A DNA stretch of 64,000 nucleotides, from the NCBI GenBank assembly GCA_002402455.1, contig DHFX01000001.1, positions 3,358 through 67,357 on the forward strand, read 5' to 3'. The position numbers and the translations under genes were made by a program. Positions 55,691 through 64,000 of the stretch are shown piece by piece. The first letter of the stretch is position 1, and each line of letters starts with the position of its first letter. The notes beneath the pieces were generated by a model that worked only from the letters and a program-made list of their open reading frames with translations, was not told the DNA's origin and searched no databases. This DNA comes from Candidatus Dojkabacteria bacterium UBA4813 (GTDB lineage: Bacteria > Patescibacteriota > Dojkabacteria > SC72).

Positions 55691-55907
55691 TGAAAGAGAT
55701 CCTAATCAGAATTCCCAAGATGAGGAGTCGATTGCTGCACAGAAGTTGGGTTATGACTTAAGTCAAGCTCCACCTGAGGATTTAGATACTCGTTGGCTTA
55801 GATGGAAATGCATGGTTTGTGGGTATGTTTATGAAGGGGTTGTTCCATTGAAAGTTTGTCCTAAGTGTGGTAATGAGGATCCGGATAAGTTCCAAGAGGT
55901 GGATTAA
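55668..55907 (+). CDS. Rubredoxin-like Cys4 metal-binding protein (short knuckle spacing, acidic N-terminal tail)
   Basis: WKCMVCGYVYEG....VCPKCG matches the two rubredoxin knuckles (CxxCG...CPxCG) with about 16 residues between. It overlaps the upstream kinase-like gene by 23 nt. Confidence 0.5.
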   Translation: MDNILKNNERDPNQNSQDEESIAAQKLGYDLSQAPPEDLDTRWLRWKCMVCGYVYEGVVPLKVCPKCGNEDPDKFQEVD

Positions 55908-55976
55908 TATTAGTAAAGATTTTGTATATTAAACGACCTAGGAAATAGGTCTCTAGTGTTAGCTCTGTACTCTTAG

Positions 55977-56234
55977 CTATCTTTCACTAATAAATTCGAA
56001 TCTATTCACTATTGTACCATCTTCTAATTCTTTTGTTCCCATAAAATCTTCAAGTGATCTTACCCATGCTTTAGTTTCGCTTTCTTCTTTGTAATACAAT
56101 GGTATATATACTACTACATCTTCTTCTGTCTCTGAGTCTTTTGCTAGCACAAGAGCCAGGTACATTCCTCCTTTGAAGTGTCTGTATACTCCCGGAATGA
56201 ATTTTCTTTCTTCGGGTCTCTTCTCTATTTCCAT
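55977..56234 (-). CDS. DUF1653-like small protein
   Basis: 85 aa with GVYRHFKGGMY, recalled as the DUF1653 signature. Confidence 0.4.
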   Translation of the reverse strand: MEIEKRPEERKFIPGVYRHFKGGMYLALVLAKDSETEEDVVVYIPLYYKEESETKAWVRSLEDFMGTKELEDGTIVNRFEFISER

Positions 56235-56286
56235 GAATAGTATTTATAAATTTATTTATTGGGTATGATACACAAATTCCTTAAAA

Positions 56287-56373
56287 TGGTGCCGGGAGAG
56301 GGAATCGAACCCTCACTCTATTTCTAGAACGGGATTTTAAGTCCCGCGCGTCTGCCTATTCCGCCATCCCGGC
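56287..56373 (-). tRNA. tRNA-Leu (anticodon UAA), CCA encoded
   Basis: Acceptor GCCGGGA/TCCCGGC, anticodon stem CGGGA/TCCCG with loop CTTAAAA, a long variable arm, T-arm GAGGG-TTCGATT-CCCTC, discriminator A plus CCA. Confidence 0.85.
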
Positions 56374-56438
56374 TAAGATTGTGCTATTTTAATTCAAATA
56401 GGGATATTTTTCAATTAATTCTTTGTGGAAATTGAGTC

Positions 56439-56511
56439 AGGTGACGACGGGACTCGAACCCGTGATAGTGGTTTTGCAGACCACGGCCTTAACCAGCTTG
56501 GCTACGTCACC
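56439..56511 (-). tRNA. tRNA-Cys (anticodon GCA)
   Basis: Acceptor GGTGACG/CGTCACC, anticodon stem GTGGT/ACCAC, loop CTGCAAA, T-arm ACGGG-TTCGAGT-CCCGT, and the Cys-typical U73 discriminator. No encoded CCA. Confidence 0.85.
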
Positions 56512-56512
56512 A

Positions 56513-57916
56513 TTATTGGTTCAATATGTCTTTTATGGTGGTAATCTCAAGGATTATGTCACTATCCTTGTTTTTTATTGAACTGCCACTAATAATAGCA
56601 ATTTTGTCACCTAAATCCAACTCTCCATGAGTATAAATCGTTTGTATGGCAAGCAATGTACTTTCATCCCTGTCATCTGGAAGATCCTTGATGTGATAGG
56701 TCTTCACACCTCTATATAGAAGGTCTTGCCTTATTCTGGATATAGAGGAACTAATGGACCATATAGGAACATTCGGTCTGTGTCTTGTTATACTACCAAT
56801 GGTATCCTCTTGGTCTGAAATAACTACAATCCCTTTTAAAGGAATACTCTCGGATAGAACTGCAACACTTCTGCAAATCTCATCTACTTCTCTACTGCAG
56901 GACGTTCTTCCGTATATTGTTGTTAGTTGCATAACATTTTCTGTGTTCTTTGCAATCTCTGCCATTGTTTTAACAGCTTGTATAGGGTTCTTTCCTGTAG
57001 AGGTTTCTGCGGATAACATTAAGGTGTCAGCTCCGTCCATAACGGCATTTGCAACATCTGAAACTTCTGCTCTCGTCGGGTTTGTATTCTCTCGCATAGA
57101 TTCAAGCATCTGAGTAGCGACAATGACTGGTTTACCCACAGAACGACACTTGAAGATCATTTGCTTTTGTATTATGGGAATATTTTCTAAAGGAGTTTCA
57201 ACACCTAAATCCCCTCTTGCAATCATTATCCCGTCGGTCTTTTCAAGAATCTCGTCGAAATTCTCCAGACCGGTTCTGTTTTCTATTTTTGCAATTATCT
57301 TAATGTTTGTGCCCTTTATTAACTCTTGAGCATAGAGAATATCCTGAGCATTTCTTACAAAAGAAACACAGATGAAATCTAGTTTGTTTTCAATAGCAGT
57401 TCTAATATCTTCCTCATCCTTCTCTGTAAAAACAGGGAAATTAAGATCTATCTCCGGAATATTTACTGTTTTATTCGGTTTGAGAATACCAGGTTGAAGT
57501 ACGTTACAGATAATTTCAGAACCTTTAATATCTTCAACTGTTAGTTCAATAGTACCATCGTCAAGAAAAATTTTAGTATTTCTTGTTATTGTATTATGTA
57601 AGTCAGGATAAGAGATCTTTATGCTATTGGAGACTGACTGGTTTGCAGATGAAAGTGAGACTTTTCCTTCAACCCGGATCTCTTTGTTAACATCCACAAC
57701 TCTCAACTTTGTTCCTTGAGTGTCCAGCATAATTGCAATTCTCGGGGATACTTCTCTTAATGTCTTTGTTACCCTCTCAATCTCATTTTGATTCGCAAAG
57801 GAGGCATTTATTCTTGCAATTTCCATCCCGTTATCATACATCTCTTCGATAGTATTCTTATCCCATGAAGAAGGTCCTATTGTTGCTATTATTTTTGTTT
57901 TAGAAAAATTTCTCAT
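56513..57916 (-). CDS. pyk: Pyruvate kinase
   Basis: TKIIATIGPSS, IMIARGDLGVE, the MLSAETSTGKNP region and a C-terminal allosteric domain are present. Confidence 0.9.
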   Translation of the reverse strand: MRNFSKTKIIATIGPSSWDKNTIEEMYDNGMEIARINASFANQNEIERVTKTLREVSPRIAIMLDTQGTKLRVVDVNKEIRVEGKVSLSSANQSVSNSIKISYPDLHNTITRNTKIFLDDGTIELTVEDIKGSEIICNVLQPGILKPNKTVNIPEIDLNFPVFTEKDEEDIRTAIENKLDFICVSFVRNAQDILYAQELIKGTNIKIIAKIENRTGLENFDEILEKTDGIMIARGDLGVETPLENIPIIQKQMIFKCRSVGKPVIVATQMLESMRENTNPTRAEVSDVANAVMDGADTLMLSAETSTGKNPIQAVKTMAEIAKNTENVMQLTTIYGRTSCSREVDEICRSVAVLSESIPLKGIVVISDQEDTIGSITRHRPNVPIWSISSSISRIRQDLLYRGVKTYHIKDLPDDRDESTLLAIQTIYTHGELDLGDKIAIISGSSIKNKDSDIILEITTIKDILNQ

Positions 57917-57989
57917 ATGGGCAGATGTCTTTGAAAGTATAGCATACGAATTTGTAGAGATACATATCTCTTTATGATATATTAATACT

Positions 57990-58400
57990 ATGAAAGAAGT
58001 ACTAAGGTCTCTGTTTGTATATACATTAATTTTGTTTTTTGTTTTTAACTTTTTCTCTAAGTCACTTATATTGCCAGAGAGTAGCTCCTATTTAATACTA
58101 ACCGTACTGATACTGAGTTTTACGGTAATGATCTCTTGTCCCCTTCTTGAATTTTTAACCATCAAATGCAACTTTTTAACCTTTTTTCTAATGACTACCC
58201 TTCTTTTAGTGGGGATTGTTCATCTGTTGAAATTGTTTATGGTTGGGTTTTATATAGAATCATATATGTTTGAAGGCCTAAACATCGGAGAGTTGCAAAT
58301 ATCTGAATTTGAGGTAACACCGATAATTTCAATTGTATTTTTTTCTGTTCTTTCATCACTGCTATGTTCTATATACAGGGTCTTGGATTCTTCCAAATAA
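57990..58400 (+). CDS. Hypothetical polytopic membrane protein (136 aa)
   Basis: Four hydrophobic helices and no motif. Confidence 0.3.
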   Translation: MKEVLRSLFVYTLILFFVFNFFSKSLILPESSSYLILTVLILSFTVMISCPLLEFLTIKCNFLTFFLMTTLLLVGIVHLLKLFMVGFYIESYMFEGLNIGELQISEFEVTPIISIVFFSVLSSLLCSIYRVLDSSK

Positions 58401-58449
58401 CAAATAAATTGTTTCTCTAAAAACAAATTAAATTGATGTATAATACGGT

Positions 58450-58680
58450 ATGGACAATTTAACAAAAACACTTTTAATATCACAGATTATTGTTTGTGGT
58501 CTGCTTGTGGTCAGTATTTTGCTTCAAAATAGAGCTGAAGGGTTAGGTAAAATGTTTGGAGGTGGTGGTGAGGTTTTTAGAACAAAGAGGGGCTTGGAAA
58601 AATTTCTTTACTACTTCACAATTTTTTTAATAGCTGTTTTGGTTTTCCTTTCTTTAGCGATACTTAAGTATGCCAAATAA
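58450..58680 (+). CDS. secG: Preprotein translocase subunit SecG
   Basis: 76 aa with two TM helices flanking a Gly-rich loop (LLQNRAEGLGKMFGGGGEVF). Confidence 0.7.
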   Translation: MDNLTKTLLISQIIVCGLLVVSILLQNRAEGLGKMFGGGGEVFRTKRGLEKFLYYFTIFLIAVLVFLSLAILKYAK

Positions 58681-60475
58681 CTTCTCTGAAGTGAAAGAAA
58701 CAAAGAAGAAAAGAAAGGCGAATGCAGATGGAAAGGTCTCTATGAAAGAGGCTCTTTTGGATATACATGAAGGTAGTGGACAAAAAATTAAAGAGGGGGG
58801 AAAAAAGACAGATATTAGAGATTATTGGTGGAATTATCCGAAATTTCTTTGGAAAACTTTTAAAAATAGTATCCCTTTTAGTTATATTCTCCTTTTTCTT
58901 GTCGTAGGTTTTTTACTAGCAAGTTTCTTGCAATCGGATGTGGTGGCAAGGATTATGGATGATTCTAGGGTTGATGACACTTTTATAGAGGGTTCGGTTG
59001 GTGCTATTTCTACATTTAATCCGTTATTTGTATCAGCAAATTATGTAGACAAAACAGTTCAAGAGCTTGTCTTTGAGAAGTTGGTTTATATAGATAAAAA
59101 TGGTCAACCTCTTCCCGGTATTGCTAGTGAGTGGAGATTTGTAGAAGAGGATATGGCTTACGAGTTTACCATAAAAGATAACTTGTATTGGCAGGATGGG
59201 GAGAAAGTTACTGTAGGTGATGTTGTTTTTACTTTCCAAACTGCAAAAGCATTAGCTGAGGATTATGGCTTGGATTCAGTCGGGATTTCTTTAATTGGAG
59301 TTGAGGTTGAAGAAATTAATGATAAAACAGTTCGTTTTGTATTATCCGAACCGAATCCTACATTTTTTGAAGCTATCTCTCAGTTTATTGTTCCAAAACA
59401 CAGGTTGGAGGGCGAAAGGCTTGAAGAGTTACCTTTCAATATGTTTGCGAGATATCCGATAGGCAGTGGTAGATATAAGGTTATTAGGACAGAACAGAAT
59501 TCTGTCTATCTGCAGGATAATCAGTATGATGCTGTAGAACCAGCGATTAATAAAATTATCCTTAAAGTTTTTCCAGATCAGGAGACTCTTGAAATGTCTT
59601 TTAGAATCGGGGCATTAGATGCCATTGGAGCTTGGGACAACGATTTACTCTCTTTTACAGAAGAATATTCTAATTTGCAAGAATTTAAACAAGTTGAGGA
59701 GTATCGTACTAAGTTAATCTTTTTTAATACCAGGAAGGAAACTCTTAAAGAAAGGGATGTTAGAATAGGGTTAAGTTATGTTATAGACAGAGAGAGATTA
59801 ATAAGGGATTCTAATATAGGTGGAGTTGTAAGAAAGGGTCCTTTTCCTGAGAGTTCTTGGGCTTTTAATGGGGATATCGAATATTACAATTACAATCCCC
59901 AATTAGCTGCGGAGTACTTTAAGAATTTGGGTTATACAAAGAATGAAGAAGGAGGATTTTTTGAAGCGAAGAATGGAGAGATCCTCTCTTTCACTTTAAG
60001 CTATTTTGATAGTGTAACAAATGAAAGATTGGTCTCTACTCTTAAAAAATTATTGCAGGAGGAAGGTATTATTCTAAAGAGTGAGAAACTTGCGTACAAA
60101 CAGATTACACAGGAAATTATTGCCACTCGTGATTTTGACCTTCTTCTTTATGAAGTTGAAACAACTATAGATCCGGATCAGTATAATTTATGGCACTCAT
60201 TAAAATCTAGTTATCCAGATTTAAATATCTCGGGATATAGCTATGAGAGAGTAGATATTCTTTTGGAGGATGCTAGGAAAACTTTAGACAAAAAGGCCAG
60301 AAAGGAAAAGTATGATCTGTTTCAGAAATATTTAATGGCAGATGCCCCTGTTGTCTTTCTATATAATCCTCAATTTTCTTATTATGTAAAGGAGAAAGTT
60401 AAAGGTATAGATTTCTCGGATGTAAATTATTCCTACCAGAGGTTTAATAATGTCCAAGATTGGGTCTTAGAATAG
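58670..60475 (+). CDS. ABC transporter substrate-binding protein, family 5 (Opp/Dpp-like), membrane anchored
   Basis: An N-terminal TM anchor is followed by the SBP_bac_5 pattern (YKVIRTEQNSVYL..., ISGYSYERVDILLEDARKTLDKKARKEKYDLFQKYLMADAPVVFLYNP). No permease or ATPase gene is adjacent in the window. Confidence 0.75.
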   Translation: MPNNFSEVKETKKKRKANADGKVSMKEALLDIHEGSGQKIKEGGKKTDIRDYWWNYPKFLWKTFKNSIPFSYILLFLVVGFLLASFLQSDVVARIMDDSRVDDTFIEGSVGAISTFNPLFVSANYVDKTVQELVFEKLVYIDKNGQPLPGIASEWRFVEEDMAYEFTIKDNLYWQDGEKVTVGDVVFTFQTAKALAEDYGLDSVGISLIGVEVEEINDKTVRFVLSEPNPTFFEAISQFIVPKHRLEGERLEELPFNMFARYPIGSGRYKVIRTEQNSVYLQDNQYDAVEPAINKIILKVFPDQETLEMSFRIGALDAIGAWDNDLLSFTEEYSNLQEFKQVEEYRTKLIFFNTRKETLKERDVRIGLSYVIDRERLIRDSNIGGVVRKGPFPESSWAFNGDIEYYNYNPQLAAEYFKNLGYTKNEEGGFFEAKNGEILSFTLSYFDSVTNERLVSTLKKLLQEEGIILKSEKLAYKQITQEIIATRDFDLLLYEVETTIDPDQYNLWHSLKSSYPDLNISGYSYERVDILLEDARKTLDKKARKEKYDLFQKYLMADAPVVFLYNPQFSYYVKEKVKGIDFSDVNYSYQRFNNVQDWVLE

Positions 60476-60477
60476 TA

Positions 60478-60563
60478 TGGTGCCAAGAGGGGGACTTGAA
60501 CCCCCACCCTATTGTTAGGACTACGTTCTGAACGTAGCGTGTCTGCCATTCCACCATCTTGGC
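60478..60563 (-). tRNA. tRNA-Leu (anticodon CAG), CCA encoded
   Basis: Acceptor GCCAAGA/TCTTGGC, anticodon stem CTACG/CGTAG with loop TTCAGAA, a long variable arm, T-arm GGGGG-TTCAAGT-CCCCC, discriminator A plus CCA. Confidence 0.85.
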
Positions 60564-60598
60564 TTGGTTTTACAGGCAACGATATTTTACCACGAAAA

Positions 60599-61711
60599 CT
60601 ATGACTTTGAGGTAACTTTGACTTGTATATTATCTTTCTCTTCTCCTTCCTTATCGTCAGGATCAAACTTTTTATAATCTTTTAGAAAGTCCATTTTAGT
60701 TAAAATCTTATCCGTTTTACTTTTCTTTTTACCCTTATTGTCTACCTTTTTCTCCTCTTTATTTTCCACTCCCTGGGAGAGTTTTTCCTTTAAAGTGAGT
60801 TCTTTGTTATCCTTTTTGGTTTGTTGCATCTTCTTTTCAAAATTCTTAATAGTTTTGTTATCTATGCTTCCTTTGATTAGCGATGTTATTAGTAGGCATA
60901 TTATAAAGCCTAGGATAAAAGCACCTCCCACAAGAAGTCCAAGGTCTGTATTTTTCGTTATTATACTTCCAATGTCTTCCCAAGAGAGATCTTTAAAACT
61001 AAAGTAGATTTCTTTTTCATTATTGATACTTGTGTTATTGACAGATTCTCCTACTTCAAAAGTTAGGGATTCTGACAAGTTACTTGCATACCCATTCCTT
61101 CTTGTAAACGCTGAGAATGTGTACACCCCCTCGTTTAGTTCATCTCGGTTGATGGCAATTTCCCAATTTCCTTCTGTGTCTATTATTGTTTCTTCCACGG
61201 AGATATTTTTCCCCGAAGAAAGGATTAACACCAAGTCCGAGTTGGATAAACCAGTTCCGGATAATTTAAGAATACCCTCTTCAAATAGAGGAGAATTCAT
61301 AATCGGAGGACGCGGGATTACAATTAGCTCTTTTTTAAGTATTTGTGGAGAGCCGTATTTATCAACAAATTTAAATGTTAATTCGTGCTGTCCTATGCTT
61401 AGTGCAGGTAAGGTATAAGGACTTGAAATTTGTTCAAAATCTCCTTCATCTATGCCTAATTCTATGCCACTATTGTCATCCGAAGGGTCTACAAATGTTA
61501 TTATATGGCTAGGATTATCTGTTGTCTCCGGAATATCTAGTAGAAGTTGCTGTAGAAAATCTTCTTCTCTTTCTACCTCTTTTTCTTCGAGTTCTGCTAT
61601 ATCCTGTGCTATGGTTGGTGTTGGCATTAAGGTTATTGTAAAAAGGAAAAAGACAGATAGGAGTGCTAACAATTGTAATAAAAGATCTCTGTTAAATTTG
61701 CGAATTTTCAT
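60599..61711 (-). CDS. Hypothetical secreted protein with a C-terminal TM helix and Lys-rich cytoplasmic tail
   Basis: Signal peptide (LLALLSVFFLFTITLMPTPTIAQD), an acidic spacer, a beta-rich domain, a TM helix (LGLLVGGAFILGFIICLLITSL) and a 90-aa Lys/Glu-rich tail. Confidence 0.4.
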   Translation of the reverse strand: MKIRKFNRDLLLQLLALLSVFFLFTITLMPTPTIAQDIAELEEKEVEREEDFLQQLLLDIPETTDNPSHIITFVDPSDDNSGIELGIDEGDFEQISSPYTLPALSIGQHELTFKFVDKYGSPQILKKELIVIPRPPIMNSPLFEEGILKLSGTGLSNSDLVLILSSGKNISVEETIIDTEGNWEIAINRDELNEGVYTFSAFTRRNGYASNLSESLTFEVGESVNNTSINNEKEIYFSFKDLSWEDIGSIITKNTDLGLLVGGAFILGFIICLLITSLIKGSIDNKTIKNFEKKMQQTKKDNKELTLKEKLSQGVENKEEKKVDNKGKKKSKTDKILTKMDFLKDYKKFDPDDKEGEEKDNIQVKVTSKS

Positions 61712-61739
61712 TCTAGGACAGTTAAATTTATGTTGTTTT

Positions 61740-62231
61740 TTATTCTATCATTTTATCAATGAAAAGGACTCCTTCCAAGTGATCCAGTTCATGTTGTACT
61801 GCTATTGCATTTATGTCTTCTAATTTTGTTGTCTTCCATTCGCCATTTCTATCTTGGTATTTAATTTTTACTTTTCTGTATCTTAAAACCTCCCCCTCGA
61901 TATTAGGAACGCTGAGACATCCCTCGATGATAGATGCTTTACTAAATCCTATGGGGGTTACCTTTGGGTTTATAAACAGTTGCCACTTATCTGTATCGTA
62001 ATTTAGTGTGTAGAAAACCCTTATATTTTCTCCAACCTGTGGCGCTGCTATTCCTCCGGCAGGGACATCCACTTGATCTTCACTATGCAGGGCTGTATAG
62101 AGGAGATCATCTAAAAAGATCCCAAATTTAGGATCTTTAAACTGCTTCTCCTTTACAGGAGAGCTTCTCTTTCTAAGAATCTCTTCTTCTTCCTTATTTT
62201 TAATTGTATATATCTTTAATTGCTTTGGCAT
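61740..62231 (-). CDS. def: Peptide deformylase
   Basis: All three PDF motifs are present: GIAAPQVG, EGCLSVP and HELDHLEG. Confidence 0.9.
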   Translation of the reverse strand: MPKQLKIYTIKNKEEEEILRKRSSPVKEKQFKDPKFGIFLDDLLYTALHSEDQVDVPAGGIAAPQVGENIRVFYTLNYDTDKWQLFINPKVTPIGFSKASIIEGCLSVPNIEGEVLRYRKVKIKYQDRNGEWKTTKLEDINAIAVQHELDHLEGVLFIDKMIE

Positions 62232-62250
62232 AGTAGGAAGTATAGCACAA

Positions 62251-62379
62251 TTACTCTTCCCCTTCTTCTTGTTCTTCTTTCATGTCCTCGGAGTTTTCTC
62301 CACTTGGTAATATGATGCCTATAAGAAACAGGACAACTATGAGGGCTATAAGTGTTCCTAGAACTACAAGTATTCCCAT
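62251..62379 (-). CDS. Possible 42-aa small membrane peptide between def and the S8 protease (not in the ORF track)
   Basis: Hand translation gives MGILVVLGTLIALIVVLFLIGIILPSGENSEDMKEEQEEGEE, one TM helix plus an acidic tail. The only support is the ORF and hydrophobicity. Confidence 0.2.
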   Translation of the reverse strand: MGILVVLGTLIALIVVLFLIGIILPSGENSEDMKEEQEEGEE

Positions 62380-62385
62380 ACCAAC

Positions 62386-64000
62386 TTACCACCAAAAATT
62401 AAATACGTTCTTGAAAGGAATAAATGAGGAGATTCCTAAGACCCCTCTTCCTCTCTCTAAAATACTATTGTTTTCATTTTGTCTTATCAATTTTACTCTA
62501 TCTATAATAAGGTCATCATGGACTTGAGGTTGTGTGCAATTGGTAAAATGTGAGGTAACTCTCACGAATTGTTGTACACCAACAAAGTCATCATATTCTA
62601 AGGTGTAAGTACCCTCTACTTCTGTGGTTGTGTATACAGGTTTGTTATTGACATATACTACGGTTTTTTCATATTCGGGATTCTCGATTACCGGTTCTAG
62701 CCTAAATTCTATTTCTATGTCTTCAGCTTCTGTCATTGTGAATCTGTTGCTTTTATCTTCATCTTTTTGGGGTTTCGTTATTACGGGTCTCTGATTTATT
62801 ATTTGTGGTTCTTTTCTTTCGATATCTCCTTTTTCTCCTATAGGAAGCGTTTCTTCCTCTGGGGCTTCTTCTTCAGTCGTTTCTTCTGAATCATTTGGAA
62901 GTTGTTCTTCTACAGGGATGTTAAGATACTGCTCTGCGGCAGCCCTAAGGTCAACAAGACCATAACCAAAGATGATATCTGTGCCCTCTGCTCCGAGATC
63001 TATAGCAGTATCTCTTAAGGTCGATACAAGTTCGGACGAAGTACAATCTGTACAAATGCCTCTAAGAATGGCTAAGCTACCGGCAACATGTGGGGCAGCC
63101 ATGCTTGTCCCGCTTAGGTATTTATATGTTCCACCCAAGAATGTGGAATAGTTAGAAACTCCGGGAGCAGCTAACTGCCCACCTATGTTACTAAAACTTG
63201 CTAGCCTGTTTGCACTGTCTGTGGCAACAACACACACAACATTACTGTAAGCTGCTGGATATTGACATGGGGCGCCATAGTTATTACCAGCAGCAGCAAC
63301 CATAGGTACTCCCTTGCTAGCAGCATAGTTTACTGCTGTCCTTAAAACATCCGTATCTTCAGGAGTTCCCAAACTTAGATTTATTACTTGAGCACCATTA
63401 TCCACCGCCCAATAGATACCTTTTGCGACGTCTGAAACATATCCGGATCCAATAGAGTTTAATACTTTAATAGGCATAACCGTGGTTCCATGACTTACTC
63501 CTACAGTTCCTAGGTCGTTTCGTGCGGCTGTTACAATTCCAGCCACATGAGTTCCGTGTCCATTATCATCCTCTGGACTCTCTTTATCATTGACAAAGTC
63601 ATAACCCTTAGTAACTTTTCCTAGTAAGTCAGGGTGAGTCATTTCTATCCCTGTATCTATTACTGCTACAGTTACCCCTACTCCAGTGGTTGTATCCCAT
63701 ATTTTATCAGCACCTATCCTTGAGATTCCCCAATCGATAACATCGGCAGCCATTTTTACGGGAATATCTGTTTCTACACTCTGGACTGCAGTATCTTCTT
63801 CTAACTGAGTTATTTTACTCTCTTGGGTAGTTATGACTGTATAAACTCCATTAACGCTACTTTCGTCGGTGAACTCTACTAAATATTCTTCTTCAATTCT
63901 ACTTTTATCTTCTTCTGATAAATCATCGTTAAAACTTATAACTTTCCTGCTGTCATCTTGTTTGATTTCTCCTTGTTTTACAGGATTTATTTCCGGGCTA
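62386..64000 (-). CDS. Subtilisin-like serine protease (peptidase S8), N-terminus beyond the window edge
   Basis: The catalytic triad motifs are present: VAVIDTGI (Asp), HGTHVAGIV (His) and GTSMAAPHVAG (Ser). I checked the minus-strand frame by hand and found no stop between 63754 and 64000, so the gene runs past the window with a propeptide-like region. The C-terminal ~170 aa extension ends FNFWW. Confidence 0.85.
   Translation of the reverse strand, partial: SPEINPVKQGEIKQDDSRKVISFNDDLSEEDKSRIEEEYLVEFTDESSVNGVYTVITTQESKITQLEEDTAVQSVETDIPVKMAADVIDWGISRIGADKIWDTTTGVGVTVAVIDTGIEMTHPDLLGKVTKGYDFVNDKESPEDDNGHGTHVAGIVTAARNDLGTVGVSHGTTVMPIKVLNSIGSGYVSDVAKGIYWAVDNGAQVINLSLGTPEDTDVLRTAVNYAASKGVPMVAAAGNNYGAPCQYPAAYSNVVCVVATDSANRLASFSNIGGQLAAPGVSNYSTFLGGTYKYLSGTSMAAPHVAGSLAILRGICTDCTSSELVSTLRDTAIDLGAEGTDIIFGYGLVDLRAAAEQYLNIPVEEQLPNDSEETTEEEAPEEETLPIGEKGDIERKEPQIINQRPVITKPQKDEDKSNRFTMTEAEDIEIEFRLEPVIENPEYEKTVVYVNNKPVYTTTEVEGTYTLEYDDFVGVQQFVRVTSHFTNCTQPQVHDDLIIDRVKLIRQNENNSILERGRGVLGISSFIPFKNVFNFWW

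Noticed and set aside
1-64000. CRISPR arrays, IS elements, integrases or prophage genes
   Set aside because: I scanned the intergenic regions and hypothetical ORFs. There are no clustered direct repeats with spacers, no transposase or integrase-like motifs (DDE, tyrosine recombinase RHRY), and no phage structural genes. The only mobile-looking feature is the doc module next to tRNA-Val.

Overview
This is an AT-rich (about 35% GC by eye), very gene-dense stretch of a bacterial chromosome. Coding density is roughly 90%, intergenic gaps are mostly under 100 nt, and many neighbouring genes overlap by a few bases at their stop/start codons. Almost everything is housekeeping:

- a conserved thrS-infC-rpmI-rplT-pheS-pheT block, followed by a hairpin terminator;
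- rpsP, a KH-domain protein, rnc, nusB and an rpmF missing from the ORF track;
- tig-clpP, mutS, hisS, recG, a RelA/SpoT homolog, tyrS, rarA, truB, rsmI, tatD and pyk;
- a fragmented dcw cluster: mraZ-rsmH-ftsL-ftsI-mraY on the minus strand, a divergent murF, then murA-murG-ftsW;
- type IV pilus pilM (cut by the window edge), pilN and pilO; a class A PBP; secG; an Opp-like binding protein; def; and an S8 protease running off the 3' edge;
- four tRNAs: Val-GAC, Leu-UAA, Cys-GCA and Leu-CAG.

The compact layout, a short trigger factor, a short RelA/SpoT homolog, and the presence of a sortase and T4P parts fit a reduced-genome (CPR/Patescibacteria-like) bacterium. That placement is inference only.

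The non-routine items are:

1. A 905-aa Hsp100/Clp-type double-AAA+ ATPase with two N-terminal transmembrane helices before its Clp_N repeat. It has no visible ClpP-docking tripeptide and sits 10 nt downstream of a small membrane-protein gene.
2. A Doc/Fic-family toxin gene (HPFEDGNKR motif) preceded by a 37-aa ORF and a near-consensus sigma70-like promoter, directly next to tRNA-Val.
3. A PEP-synthase-family protein in which the phospho-carrier His, and probably the C-terminal catalytic Cys, appear substituted. This is a by-eye alignment.
4. A sortase transcribed divergently from an Ig-repeat surface protein anchored at both ends with no LPXTG.
5. An orphan OmpR-type winged-helix regulator with a degenerate receiver domain.
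6. Three GTGGNN direct repeats at 10-bp spacing just upstream of mraZ, likely MraZ operator boxes.

No CRISPR array, transposase or integrase was seen.
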